A stretch of DNA of 63,992 nucleotides, the filler included, from Basidioascus undulatus (Eukaryota), in NCBI GenBank assembly GCA_000826855.1. It is 6 parts of 6 records of this genome, joined end to end, with 100 filler letters (N's around TTAATTAATTAA, not from the genome) between each part and the next. Parts side by side here need not be neighbours in the genome. Positions count along the whole stretch, not along the records: positions 43,491 to 54,260 come from JTLS01001089.1; positions 54,361 to 63,992 come from JTLS01001231.1; 4 more parts are not named here. One strand, written 5' to 3'. Under the pieces are notes generated by a model that saw only the letters and a program-made list of their open reading frames with translations, had not been told where the DNA came from and did not search any database. A program made the position numbers and the translations under genes. Below, piece by piece: positions 51,601 through 63,992 of this stretch (position 1 is its first letter; each line of letters opens with the position of its first letter).

Positions 51601-53246
51601 ACATTCGAGGTGATAGAGCAATCACGCGCACATGAGGGAAGCGAAGCTGCGTTGAAAATGAGGAGTCAGCAGTCGCTTCCAGCCAGTCCTGCCGCATAAA
51701 AACAACTCACAAGTCGACACCGCCAAACGAGCCCGTCACGATGGGCGGGACCGACTCGCCGCTAGGCGCGCGAACGCGCACATTGTCGCCGACATGGCAG
51801 AACACGTTCCGGAAGCCGAGCTTGACCAGCGCGATCTCGCACCAGTTCTGTTTGTCCACATCAACATCAGCGCCACCTATCCTGGACTGCCTAAGATTGT
51901 AGAGCAGCATACGCTGTGCGCCGGGAAGTCCTCGAGAGTGTGCATCTGTCATGAAGCGTGTCAGCCCTGCCACTTCAGCAACCCCACAAAGCAGCGCGAG
52001 GAAGACGCACAGCCGTCCCCAAAAGCCTGTACGCCTCGTACTCGTCCTTCTCTGCGTTCGGCCCGCCCGAGCGCGAGCGTCTGCCGTGCTCGATGCACGC
52101 GAGGAGCACGCGGCGGACGTGTGCGGTCGACGTGTCCCAGCCGCCTTGCTCTGTTCGCCCCATCTCTCTCTCGCTCAGCAAACGTGGGGGCAGTCTGAAA
52201 GAAACACGCGCGAAGACCGACCGTTCGCAATGTAGTTCTTCATCCCCGTCCGGTGATCGATCTCGAGCTCGCGCGGGTCGACGGGCGGGCGGAGCTTAGG
52301 GTGGTACTTGCGCGGGTCCTCGCCTTCGCCGTAGCCCTGCAGCCCCGTCCACACATTTTCAGTCCACTCCTTCCATACAGCCCAAAAGCTGCAAAAGCAT
52401 ACCTTTGGGTTGTCCTGCATTCCCCGAATGTATGTTTCAGCGCCCCTCGTCCACAGTCTCGCCCTCCAGAGTCCCTTACGATGTGCTCGACCTGTCCCGC
52501 ATTCCAAGCATGAGCAAGACCTCCTCGCTCCCCACCTAAATCTCACGTACCGGAAGATACGTCCCTAGACGCTCCTCAGTAACCTCGAACTCTGCATCAA
52601 GCCCAGCCCCAACCTCAGCCACCCGCCTCCTCGGTCGCCCTCAACCGACAAGTCGCGCACCGGCCGTAGCGTATCCGTGCGCCATAAATCCGAGCGCCAT
52701 GATGAGATTCAAGATAGTCATTCTGTCCGTCTTCTTCAGGGCAGCTATGTCCACCGCTTGACTGTAGTCGCGCAGCCAGTTGCCGAAGTATACGCGCTGC
52801 GAGGGAGCGAGCGGTACAGCATGAGGGGCAACAGCCGAGGTAGGGGTCGGGGAGACGCACCTTCACGTCCAGCCCAGAGAACTTTGTCCCCTTGCTAAGT
52901 CCCAGCAGTCCACCCCCAACCTTCTTATACAGGTCCACTAGGGCGTCGGTAAGGTCGCCTGGCATCCCACCCCTATGGTCAGCCTCCCGTTCCATCTCCC
53001 CATCGCCCGCCTCCCGACCAGCGCTCACCGTGCCGGAACGCCACGCCCTCCACATGCGAATGCGAAGGCCTAACCTCCCCAAAAACACCCCGGTAGGCAG
53101 CAAGTCAGCTCCGGAGACCAACACAGGTGGTTGTGCGTTCAGAAGACGCACACGTTCCCCGCGCCGAACGCGGATGCCGAGGGCGTGAGGACGACGAGGA
53201 TAACGATTACGACGAGAAGAAACAGGAGCAGTCTGTGATTGCCCAT
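48663..53246 (-). CDS. Het-C domain protein (HET-C2/TinC-like) with Gly/Pro/Tyr-rich C-terminal tail
   Basis: Signal peptide then AFGAGN, AFRHGD, RVYFGNWLRDYSQAVD, EHIDNPK, HPKLRPPVDPRELEIDHRTGMKNYIAN, EYEAYRLLG, EDFPAH, NWCEIAL, PPIVTGSFGGVD, PTHS and HFDL. Confidence 0.93.
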
Positions 53247-53691
53247 GGTGAGTGATGTGAGGGAGGTGATGACGGAGAGTGTTCAAAGAAAGATAGAGAT
53301 GGAGATGGACGACCAAGAGACCCCGAGGCGGTGTCGGTCCGGATTCCCACGCTCCTCCGAGACTGGCGTCACTTCGCGAAACGAAACGAAGACGAAGCTG
53401 CAAGTTACTTTTTCCCATCCAGGTTCTGTAGTGGACAATGTAAATTTCCAAGGCAGTACCACCAAAGTGGTCCTTCAATCCTCTTGATCGCGAGTGCGAC
53501 AGCCGTTCCGACAGCCGAAGTCATCAGCCAGTGACGGACTGCCGAACCAACAATAGCCGCCCAGTCCTTTTATTCACTTTTCCCAGCGTAAATTATACAA
53601 CAAGCATCCCTTCCCTCCTGCCCTGCAATCTGTATATACTCCTGCCGCATGCTTCTCCTCACCATCCTTCTTTTCCCCTCTCCCTCACCGT

Positions 53692-54260
53692 CTACTTGCA
53701 CCGCATCCCCACGATCGGGCGCCCGACCTCGCGCCATTCCTGTGCCTCTCAAACATCATCAACCTCCAAGCCTGCTAGAAAAGAAATAGGGGGAGGAGAC
53801 GACGCACATCCTGCGAGATCCACAGCTGGTGGAACGTCCCCAAGCTGGCGAGGATGCTTCCGCCGAGCCAGGGCGCGAAGCGGCGCTCGACGGTGTTGGC
53901 GGGCGAGTGGATCTTTATCTTGTTCTGTTGTCCGAACCGCCATCGATGTCCTTCTCATCAGCCACAATGCCGCAGACACAGGGAATAAAGCCCGAACGAG
54001 AGGAAGGAGGGAGGGAGAAGGGAAAGGAAAGGAAAGGAGAGAAGTAAGACACGCACCCCAGGAGCCAGCGCATTAACCTCCGCCGCCACTCGATCCGCCA
54101 ATCCAGGGGTCAAGCTCGCTCCCCCGACGAGGACGATGTTCCCCAGGAGGACAGCGCGCACGTCCGCGTCGGCGGCGAGGACGCTGTTGAGCAGCATCTG
54201 CGCGATGGAGACGCACGCGTTCGGCTCGGTGGGGGGGATGGTGGGGCGCTCGAAAGAGGG
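53692..54260 (-). CDS. ARP4: 3' end of actin-related protein Arp4/BAF53 (5' truncated)
   Basis: [62 protein letters not shown] (the LGTFHQLW signature of Arp4), ending MRCK*. Confidence 0.88.
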
Positions 54261-54360
54261 NNNNNNNNNNNNNNNNNNNNNNNNNNNNNNNNNNNNNNNN
54301 NNNNTTAATTAATTAANNNNNNNNNNNNNNNNNNNNNNNNNNNNNNNNNNNNNNNNNNNN
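54261..54360. other. Artificial contig linker
   Basis: N44-TTAATTAATTAA-N44. Confidence 0.98.
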
Positions 54361-54872
54361 AGGGCTGGAAGGGTGGGGGGGTCTTTAGGCTGTGCACCGC
54401 GGCGAGCGAGCGGAAGCAGGGTGAGGGTGTTGGACACGAAGCTCGTCGAGGACGTGCCTCAGCTTGAGACTAACATGCCCCGCTTGGCACAGCCGTGCTA
54501 TGTGGAATACGAATTTACACCATATGCTCTTGTAGATAGCATTCAATACATGCGAGGGTCCAGGGGAAGGGTACCTGTGCGGACGGTGGGCAGGTAGGCA
54601 AGTGTGGGGAATGGCGGAGCGCGATGGAGTGCCCGAACGAAATGCATCACCTCGTAGAGCTGCTGATAAAGTGCACACGTCATTTTTAGGGCCGTTGCCC
54701 CCGCTTGTCGACTGTCTACGAAATGTGCGGGGAACTCAATGTTACTTGTTCCTTGATGTTTCGGTACCGCAACGCCATATTCTGGGATCGATACCTGCTG
54801 GTGATAACGAGCTTGGCCAGCATCTGCCATTCAATCCCCCGCATCTCTCACCTCTTCAGTACTCCTTTCTGT

Positions 54873-56220
54873 TCAGTCCTGTCTTCTTGTAACATCTCGT
54901 TGATCCCAAGAATGTGTTAAAATGTAGCGCGCCCATACATGCGGGTAACGCGATGCGCACATTGGCCCGCCGACTGGCACGACTGCGGACGACGATTCGA
55001 CGAGTGCCATGACGTCGCTGTTCCTCGCCGCCTCATGCACCAGGCAACCTCGGCGTCGATGGAGCATCAACCAGTCTTCGAACCTAATGAATTCATAAAG
55101 ATGATCGCCAAAATAACAAGCTGTTAGTTCGATTCTGGGGGTACCCTCCACACTCGCCACCCACAAAGCAGCGGTTGCTCGGCGGCCTTTCAGACAGCAC
55201 AGCACTTTTTTGCTTGCTCAAGAGAGAGCGGGATTCTGAAGAAAGGCTGTTTGAATCTTCAGTGGATGCATACTCTTGCCCGATGCCTGAGGTGCGCTCG
55301 GCAATGACGAAGTCCGCGATTCGGGCTGCGCAGGTACGCAAAAGGTACCGGGGTACGTAGGTGCGCTCCTGCGGCTCGGGGGAAGGCTCGCGCTTGCGGG
55401 CGGGTGTCGCGGTCCCCGCTCGAGCTGAGGCCGATAGCTGACAATGCGGTATGAATGCGGCCGCTTCTCCAAGCATAGGACTTGCTGATTGCCATGATGA
55501 TGTTGTCCAGAGTCTGAAAGATGTTGCCCAAGTTGTCAGTGACCGAGATTGGCAGGCGGCGGGCGAAGGCCAGGAACCTATTTCCGCTGAGCCACGGGAG
55601 CACGTACGGTGAGACGAGGTTCCAGGCGCGAACGGTGAGCTTAGGCGGGAGATGCATGGTGTACAGCGAGAAGATATACCGTTGAATGGCTCATGATTGA
55701 AAGTGTGGATATCTCAAGCGCACGAAGGAGGGTGACGAGCGCAAGGAAGTACCATTCCACGCGGTGCGGCAGAGGCACTGGTGTGCAATCGAGCGGGCCT
55801 GAACCGCCCGTTCCCGGTCGATCGAGGAAGAGGACCCGCACGCCAGCTTCGCCGACGAAACCATCTATGGGAGCAGCGGTGACTCGGTGACCGCTCATGC
55901 CACCTATTAGGACGAGGACATGCTGCCCGGCGGGATCCCTTAAATTGGCGTAGGTGACTCTGTGCGTGGCATGCTGTGGGTGAGGGGCGGGCGATGGAGG
56001 TGAAGATGTGGCTGCGGTGAAATCGAGAGTCACAGAGGTAGATGCCGGGGTCTCCGAGACCGTTTGGAATCTCCAGGGCTGATGAGGAGGAAGATGAAGA
56101 AGGCAGAGGTGAAGGCAGAGATTGAGAAACTTTCCTGAGAACTGGGGCTGTGGCCACGGCCACCGGCTCGACGAGTTCCATTGAGCGAGAATCGAAGGTG
56201 GTCGGCTTAAGATGCATCAC
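54873..56220 (-). CDS. Alpha/beta-hydrolase fold protein with frameshifts (pseudogene or sequence errors)
   Basis: DSRFHRS, HRVTYA, VLIGGMSGHR, GVRVLFLDRPGTGGS, nucleophile region LSIMSHS and LVSPYV. Reading frame switches near 56000, 55680 and 55450. Confidence 0.65.
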
Positions 56221-57849
56221 GAATCGCTGACTGAGTCACTAACGAGAAGCGGACGGCACACATGACAATCGTTGCGTGTGAAGCTTGCCCATGTATGGAC
56301 AGATGACACAAAGAGTAACACAACACATGGATAATCTAATGGTACGCGAATGTAGCGAATGAATAGAAGTGCACTGGTCATCAAAGGACGGACGCAGGTC
56401 AGCATGCAGCTCGCGTAGCATCAACTGATCAACCAACAGGTGGCCCCGCGCAGAAGAGGACACGAGCATGTAACCATCATTTGGGGATGATACGATGCAA
56501 CATCGCGCACCAAAAGCGAATGTAAGAAATGAGCGGTGCGACTAAATGTCGATACGAGGCTATCATCTTAATCCTCGGAACATGCGGCATGCTGTCCCCT
56601 TCCGTGGGGGGCTGCCACAAGGACTACAAGACCGGAGGGGGAGCCGGGAACTCACGATTAGTACGGGAGGAGAGGGCGATAGAGAGATGTTGAAGGAGGG
56701 GACGGCGATAGAGAGATGTGGTGAAGGGGAGAGAGGTTAAGTCGTCGGTGCTTCAAGAGGCTCATGAGCCGCTGGAAAGCCGGCCCTTAAGAACGCAGCA
56801 GCTTGAGCCCTCAACTTCAGCAGTACCGACCACTGTTTTCATGAGGGCAGCTTCAACATCCGAATAAAGTAAAGACGTTCTAGAGGCCTTTCCAAGGGGG
56901 AGAACGGTGGAATCACCGACAAGGGCCAAGGTATCATGACCTGCGAAGTGCACCACACGCACTGGGAGATAGAGAACAAGGGAACGGCAATGCTGAACAA
57001 TTACAAGGCACTTGGTGCACCACAAGTCTTGCATAAGGGAGCCCTTCTCGGATCCTGCGCCGAAAATTCATGAGTGAGCCTCATTAGTGCAGCGGCTGCT
57101 TTCAATTCAAACGCCGCCGCATGCCTGTATGGTGGCACTGGACGCAGGATTTCCCAAAGGTGATCCGATCAGAAAAGGGTACTTATTAATTTCTAACGTT
57201 TATTATAGGGATACTTCCACTTGACAACCGCCTCATCAGCCTCGGCTCGCTGCTGGCACTGTGTGGACGTCAGACATAAGCTGGGCTGTGGCAGGCCTCG
57301 GTGTTCCGCAGTGCACGGTTGACTGCCCGGTGGGAAAGTAACGAAAGTTAAAAGGAATTCTCCCTTTTTAATTGCAGATTCTTGACCGTGAGTTACACTG
57401 CGATGACTCGGCAGTCACTGGCGTTGTAGTACGGCTACCTTCGGGGCACGAACAGATGCCCAACCCTTGCTTCTGTCGTTTAGAATGCCCTGGAACGCCC
57501 TAATTATAACTGTACTTACAGGGGCTTGCATTTCTGGTCCCAACTCTGCCGGCTTTCAAATGCCTGGCTCAGCTGTTCTCTCTGTGCATGCTCGCGGCCA
57601 CGTAAATGTCGAAACATTGCATTGGGACCGCTTCAATGCGAACTTATGTAATTGATTGCATTGTTTAGCATTGTTTACAGTGAAATAAGCCACGTAAATT
57701 TATGAGACTCGCTTCCCAGTGTGCTTGGAGCTTGGCTCGCTGTCTCTTGTCCTGTTGCATACATAATATCCTTTTGGTCTTCTTTTCACATGGTTGGATA
57801 GTATAAAGTATAACGGTTAGTACATTGGTCGTTATCTAAGGCTCCCAAA

Positions 57850-59710
57850 AATGTAAATTTTCTTGGCTCACTGGGAATCTCCCGAAGCCTCCGCGACCTC
57901 GTAGCTCATAACGATGCCGGGCACTTCAGGGTCAATCAAGCAGCGCAGCGTCGGCGTCCGCGTGTTCGAGTACACGGATGTTCCCAACCCGGCGTTGACA
58001 ACAGCAGCGAGGGGGCGGTGTTGAGCCATTTATGGTACAGGCCCTTGTAGAAGCTGTGCGTGCGCCTGCGGCCGAGCGCATTGCACCGGGCGCAGCAGTT
58101 CATCTCGTGCTCGCCGACGCCGGTCTCTTCTTTACCGATGAAGGTGAGGACAAGATATTGGACTTCGGGCAAGACATGCATGATCTCCTCAAAAGCCTGC
58201 GGAGGAAGCAGCGTCAACCATATGTACCGGCGAGTAAACTGGCTAACGTCACGCACCACCACAGCCGCCAGTTCCCCGCTCGCACTGCCGATAACGTGGA
58301 TGTGCAGTCTCGTGCTTGTTCGAATTCTCGAGGCCTATGATCTTCTCGATTCCGTACAGGATCCAAAGAGGAAAGTTCAAGCTCTTCGATGCGGTCACCC
58401 GCAGCTCAGCGGGAGTGATTGAATCGAAGGGGGACGAGACGCTGTCGAGCTAATCCCTGTATGGGAGCAGCCTTTGAGCCCACATACACTCTTGAAATTA
58501 TGGAACCAACTCAAGTCCAGCTCGGAGGAAGGGATGACGGAGTAGACGTGAGCACGCGGTCGGGCAGCCAGAGCCACGCCCTCGAGAGGAGGTCGGACGA
58601 AGGGCGCATCAAGCAGGCACAGTACTCGGGAAGACGCTGGAACAGCCTGCGGACAGGTAAGCATGAAAGCGGCGTACGCGCTTAGTAGAGACGCACTGGT
58701 ACTGAAAGCACCCAAAGCGTCAGCTCGCTTCCAGCTTTTTAGACAGCAAACGGCGCACCTGCGACAAGCCGTACGCGAGGCACTCCTCGTGCGCTTGCGC
58801 GCTCTTTGCAGGGTGCTCGACGCTGCAGTAGCCGGCCAAGCAGTTCGGGCAGCGCCCGAGCTTGATGATCGTGCCCGTGAGTGCGAAAATCCCACGTGCT
58901 TGACAAGCAGAGTAAGCAGCGCGGCTCGTTGTGCAGGAGGCCCGCCTCAGTGACCGAAAGAGGAGGTCCGAGCTGTAAAGATGAGAGGATGAGCTGCAAG
59001 AAGCGGGTATCTCATCACCCACCTTTATCTCTATCAACTGCAGATTGTAGGATAGCTTCTCGGGAAGGAGGTTCTGCCGCTCTAGCGAACCGATCGGACA
59101 TCCGGCAGGCGAAGGCATCGCAAAGTACCCATGATAAATGTACCCCTACGAATGCTTTGTGGGACGCCCAGTCCTTCGCCTGGCAACCGCGGAGCAGTCT
59201 GGAAAACCCAAGTATTCAGTACCAGACCGCCCGGCGCACAGGCTGGATTCCATGCTGAGTTTGGAGTGTAGATAAGGATGGAGGGAGGAGATGACGGGAC
59301 AAGGCAGGTTGGTCGACCCGCACGCCGGTCTCACTCGTGTAAACAGCTTCAGAGCCGGGGCGGAACGGAGGCTCCCTCAGCGGGTCTCCTCCATTGAGTA
59401 TCCCAATCCCCTTCAAATAAACCCGTGTGTAGATCCTCACTCGCCTAGTGAAGATGCCTTGCTGAGTGATGATGTCTTGCAAGATGAACTTTTGGGAGGG
59501 CGCAGAACACCAGAACCCCCTGTACCAGGAGGAAGACAACTCCCACGAGTCGGCTGCTGCCTCAAACTTGTAATACTCTGATATCTGTAAGTAAGATATA
59601 AAAGAATGATGTGTGGCTGGCGGGAAGGTGAACGATCCTCCCTTCGCAGAAGGGTGAACGGCGGGTTCGGTCCTGAAGCTCTCTCGCAGTCGTCTGATCA
59701 ACGGTATCAA
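57850..59710 (-). pseudogene. MYND zinc-finger protein with an MSS51-like C-terminal domain, degraded; boundaries approximate
   Basis: MYND remnant C..CQAKDWASHKAF (about 59150-59200), second finger CPNCLAGYCSVEH, LHIHVIGSA, FEEIMHVLPEV, CCARC, FYKGLYH and NAGLG. Stops and frame breaks are present. Confidence 0.6.
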
Positions 59711-60226
59711 GGCGCGCCGTTGTTTGGGATCTATTTCAGAAAATAAATACTATATCATTTTACATTCCACTTCTGGTTGTTCCTTGTTTCTTATGAATGT
59801 TGTCCGCGTCGGCGTCCAGCCCAGGCCAACCTTGCAGGGACGACGTCTGTGCAGAGTGCGTCCGATGAAATAGCTGAAACTGAGTCAGTTCGGCTTGCTG
59901 AGTAAAGCTCGAGGATCAGATTGTGATGTGCAAGCCGTGCACTTGCGCGATAGAACGGGTAGGCAGCGGTTGACGAGGCAGATCTGTATATTGCAGTGGC
60001 TCAGTGTGTAAATCTATATGTTTATAAGACCAAGACAAGCAAGCAATCTAAACTACCTCTGTAAGAGAACATGATTTGGGCTACTCCATGAGCTGGTTGG
60101 CAGCGAAAAGGGTCGGGAAGCCAGGCGAAGCAAGCGCACGTCCAAGCAATGCCTGCAATTCCGTGCGCTCAGCGCCAATGCAAGCAATCCATGAACTCTT
60201 CTATCCACCCCGTGAATGAAGTAACA

Positions 60227-61894
60227 TTATGCCACAATCCATCCTCCTCCGAACCACGGGTACGAATCCCCAGGCAGCATCACAAAACTCGGATCCAGGA
60301 TTGCGATCTCCATGGCGACCGCAACAGCTTGGACAGATGAACAGCTTTGCAAGCTTTCGGCGAGAGGACCCAGGAGTGCAACTTCCCGCGACGCCCAGTT
60401 GTGAGTCACGAAACTGAGGGTTTGAAGCTTGTCGAAGCGAGAAAGTTCTGCGGCCAGATACGAAGGCTGAGGGCGCCCCTGGTGGTCAGCAGGAGAAAGG
60501 AAAGCGCAGCACAACGTACGTACCTCGACATTACTGACGTCGTCACATACTATCGTTAGGTGCTCAAGGTGTGGGATGGCGCGCTCAACGCCGGGTCCAA
60601 ATACCAATGCGTTCGCATCGAACACGGGCATCGAGAGAGCGATAGAACGCAAATTGGAAAGCGACGCAAGCACGGAAAGAAAAGAAGGTGTGCCCATTGA
60701 AAGGATGAAGCTCGAGGTGTCGGGAGCGTCTTGGAGCGAGTCTTTGCCATCGGCGATGCCCAGCTGTAACCGCGCGAGCGAACGGCCGTTGTTGCGCAGG
60801 AACTGACTGAGCGCCTGGAGGAAGTCCTGCTCTAGGCTGGGAGAGTCCAGGTCTTGAGCGCGCGGCACAATGCAGAGGGTATCAAGATTGGGAAAGGCGC
60901 GACAGCTCGCAAGGGCATCGACGAAGGCCGCATTGTACGAAGTGCGCAGCTCGTTAAGTACGAGAGTCCGAAGGTTCGCACCGGGACTCGTCAGCGAGGG
61001 GACAGGTGGAAGTATATGAGATAGGTCCTGAGTTTGTATGCGGGTGAATTTGAGCCTGAGCTCGTCGATACGCGAGAGATCGAAGGACGATAGGTACGCG
61101 ACGTTGCCGGTCGAGGTTGGCTTGATACGCTTTACAGAAAGTGACACGATCGAAAGCCGGCGCAGGTTGGGAGGGAGGAAGATGTGTTCGAAGCGGCTTC
61201 TGACTTCGATTGTCATGAAGGCAAGCTCAAGTGAGCGGAGCGCAGGGAAGTGCCTGAAGTCGACGATTTCGACGAAAGACCGGTGGACGTCCAGGTCACT
61301 AGACGATCCAGGGTCAGACTCGTCCGGGGGAGAATTTGGATGATGGATGTTGGGCGCCGCTCACCTGATGCGTAGCTCTTCGAGGTGTGAGCCAACGTTC
61401 TGCAGAGCCAAAAACAGGATCGCGCCGGGGACGTCTGTGCCGCAGCACTCCCAATCGAAGACACGGATGCTACGAGCGCGCGCGAGTATATGCACGAGGC
61501 CTTGAACATAATATAGGGTAAGTCAAAAGGTCGTCTGCTCCAATGAGCAGAAGGATGTAAGGGATGGACGCTCACCAGTGACGACCGCGTCGCAGGCTTC
61601 CAGGGTATCCGCGTCTTCCTGGACGCCCAGGTCAATCTTGATCTTCCTCAGAACGTCCAATACCTCAAACCTATCGTTCAGCCTTTCCAACCGCCCCATC
61701 GTTTCGATCGCATCGTCCCTGTCCTTGATGCGGACAGAGAGCGTTTCGAAGACGCGCGTGAATGCCGCGTCATGCAGGCCTCGAGCGGAAGTGAGAGGGG
61801 CGACCGAGAGACAGGCCACGAGGTCTTCGTCGAATTCGAGATGAGAGACTATCGCAGGCCAAAGCTCGAGAGGCAGTGAGTCTGGGGCAGGCAT
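60227..61894 (-). CDS. F-box/LRR (RNI-like) protein
   Basis: N-terminal F-box-like DSLPLELWPAIVSHL. The 329-aa ORF carries repeated LxxLxL units (LRRLSI, LRTLVL, LDTLCI, LARLQL, LRSIAL, LEHLTI, LQTLSF). Confidence 0.75.
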
Positions 61895-63180
61895 TGAGAA
61901 GGACGACGTGAGGGTAAGAGGGCAAGACGCCTCGTCTATTACGTGTCGTTTCATTAGGGTTACCCCGAAACGATCTAGCTTTGAGCGTTTTGTGAAATGT
62001 CCGTTAAAGAGTCTCTTAGTTCATTATCATGGTTGAGTTGATTTAAAAACTTTCAGTATCTTTAGCGGATGGCTGTACGAGGGGGCAATCCCAAGTGGGA
62101 CTACCGCAAATTTTGCAGCCCCGCAATGCGAGCGTCAATCCCCAGAGGACGTGGAGGCCCCTTCTGGTCTCCGGAAATGGACTTTTATTTGTATCGAAAG
62201 TCAATTTCTTTACCGAAATCTTCATGACATTGCGGCGTGAAGGAGGGAGGCTCAGCGCTTTGCCACGGCATCTTACAGCGCAGCGCACGGATGCGTGTTC
62301 CTTCCCAGGAGACGCTGCAGCTGAAGTTATTCCGGTATCCCAATATGGTTGGTGGGTCATGTTGCGTTTTTCAATGAACGAATCCAAACTCCAAAGCTTT
62401 CTCGCTCACACTTCATTCAGCACACCTCATCCGCTGTCCCTTCTTCCCGAGATCGAGACCCAGAGTATCCCGGCAGGGCAGGTCCAGTCACCACAAATCC
62501 ATATCTTCTGCGGAAAAAGTCGGCATTGTGCGGGATGGCAGGCGTGGACAGTGCTGAATGTTCCGACACCGCTGCACTATTGGACCTTCTCTTCTGAAAG
62601 ACCGATCACTGTTGGGAACGGCGTGACCTTGAATACCCGTTAAATTCCTGTATATTCCCCATTAGGCTGGAGGTCCTTGACAACGTTCAACCTCTTCGTC
62701 CTCACCTTCTCGTTCATCCTCTCATCGGGCTCACCGCACTGCACTGCCGCCCCAACACCCCTACCCGCGTATCACAGAATCCGAGTCATCGATTCAACCA
62801 CCATTGCTTACGAAAAACATCACATCCCAGCCTCCATCTCCATCGTATCCCATCAACCCCTCACTCCTATGCGTCGCATCGAAGTCGAGCCCAATGCCGC
62901 GGCTCCCACCAAACACCCAAGCTCATTAAACTCAATTTTTGCGTTATGGTAGCATGCTCTTGGATATCACACATGAACAAAAGAAATCCCCAGACCGAGC
63001 TGAGGTAGTCGAAGAAGACGGAAGGGGATAGAGAAGGGGATAGAAAGGAGGGACGCTGCGACTGCGACTGCGAGGGGGTACTACATACATACGAACTACG
63101 ATCCTGCTGGGGATTAAATCACTAAGTGCGAAGCAGGACGAAACCGGAAGCGCCCAGCGCTAAACCTCCCGCACCGCACT

Positions 63181-63992
63181 TCACTTCCTCCTCTTCCTCT
63201 CCCTCCCCTCCGCCCCATCATCTTCCAGCTCGTCCTCGTCCTCCTTCACCCCCATCTTCTCCTTCTCCCTCTCGCCCACCCCAGCCACAACCCCGCCCTT
63301 CCCATCCGAACTCTCCACAACGGGATTCAACAGCCCCCTCAAGCTGCTTCCGCCTCCGCCTCCGCCTCCTGCTGCCTCCTCCCCGTCCTCCACCTTCACC
63401 CCCGCTGCCGCCGCGGGTGCGAACCCGACCGCCTTCGCCGAGCTCGGATGCGGCGGGCGCTGCGCGCTGATCGCGTGCGGGAGGTACGCCTGGCGTGTGC
63501 TGCGTGAGGAGGCGGGGGCAGGGAGGAGCGAGCCCGGGGGGGAGCGAAGGCGGTGTGGATCGGGGGGAGGCGCGGGCGGTGTTGGGGCCGAGGCGCGGGA
63601 GGGTATTGGAGGTAGGAGGTGCTGTATGGATGTGGAGGAGGAGGATGTTGCAGAGGGAAGAGCCGTGAGGGAAGAGAGCTCTTCTTCTGCTTTTCCCACT
63701 ACCCTCAGCCCAGGGCGTCAGCATTCGCTCAGGGGGAAGGTAAAGGGAAAAACCAAAAAGACGCACGTTCCGCCCTCCTCCTCTCCCTCCTTTCCCTCTT
63801 CTCCCTCCCCTCCTCCCCATCCACCTCCATCTCCTCCTCCCTCTCCAAGCTCCTCAGCACGCCGACCACCCTCCCAAGCGCACTAACCATCACCGCCCGA
63901 TCCCTGCCGGCCTCCTCCAGCCCGGCCGCAAGCGCACGCATGCGCGCGTCCAGCTCCGGGCTCGGCGGGGGCGAGGGCATCGGGTAGAACCC
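63181..63992 (-). CDS. C-terminal part of an unidentified low-complexity protein (5' outside the window)
   Basis: GC-rich coding-like minus ORFs PSPPPSPELDARMRALAAGLEEAG and ..SLRGLLNPV..RKRRK*, with a probable intron at about 63700-63770. Confidence 0.5.

Noticed and set aside
56670..56735. Short tandem duplication containing GGCGATAGAGAGATGT twice
   Set aside because: Simple purine-rich two-copy repeat with no sign of function.
56760..57700. Possible decayed gene or MITE (imperfect inverted repeat at about 57348-57370)
   Set aside because: No identifiable protein motif, terminal repeat pair or target-site duplication.

Overview
This is eukaryotic DNA from an intron-rich, GC-rich basidiomycete fungus, judged from short GT-AG introns with CTRAC-like branch points, micro-exons and Basidiomycota-type Pma1, Tti2, Bem3 and Het-C sequences. 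It is not one locus. Six contigs of about 10.8 kb are joined by artificial 100-bp linkers (N44-TTAATTAATTAA-N44), so adjacency across linkers means nothing. Contig 1 (1-10794): Pma1 3' end, decayed secreted glycoprotein gene, decayed amino-acid permease, 18-bp minisatellite, TTI2. Contig 2 (10895-21619): class-3 lipase, F-box-like relic, histidine acid phosphatase, conserved hypothetical gene. Contig 3 (21720-32506): Bem3-like RhoGAP 5' end, EFM3-like methyltransferase, a co-decayed divergent TauD/MFS pair, and a nuclear-style ORF resembling a degenerate LAGLIDADG homing endonuclease that abuts a mitochondrial cox1 exon fragment. Contig 4 (32607-43390): phospholipase D and a cluster of three divergent SUMO-like genes, one of them a tandem di-SUMO with an internal QIGG. 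Contig 5 (43491-54260): membrane-protein relic, EMC6, Het-C, ARP4 3' end. Contig 6 (54361-end): alpha/beta hydrolase, MYND-finger relic, F-box/LRR gene, partial gene. The most interesting items are the SUMO-like cluster (38670-42843) and the LAGLIDADG-like/cox1 junction (31740-32506). Many single-base frameshifts fall in homopolymers and are probably sequencing errors. Gene models were spliced and identified by eye from remembered family motifs, with no database search.
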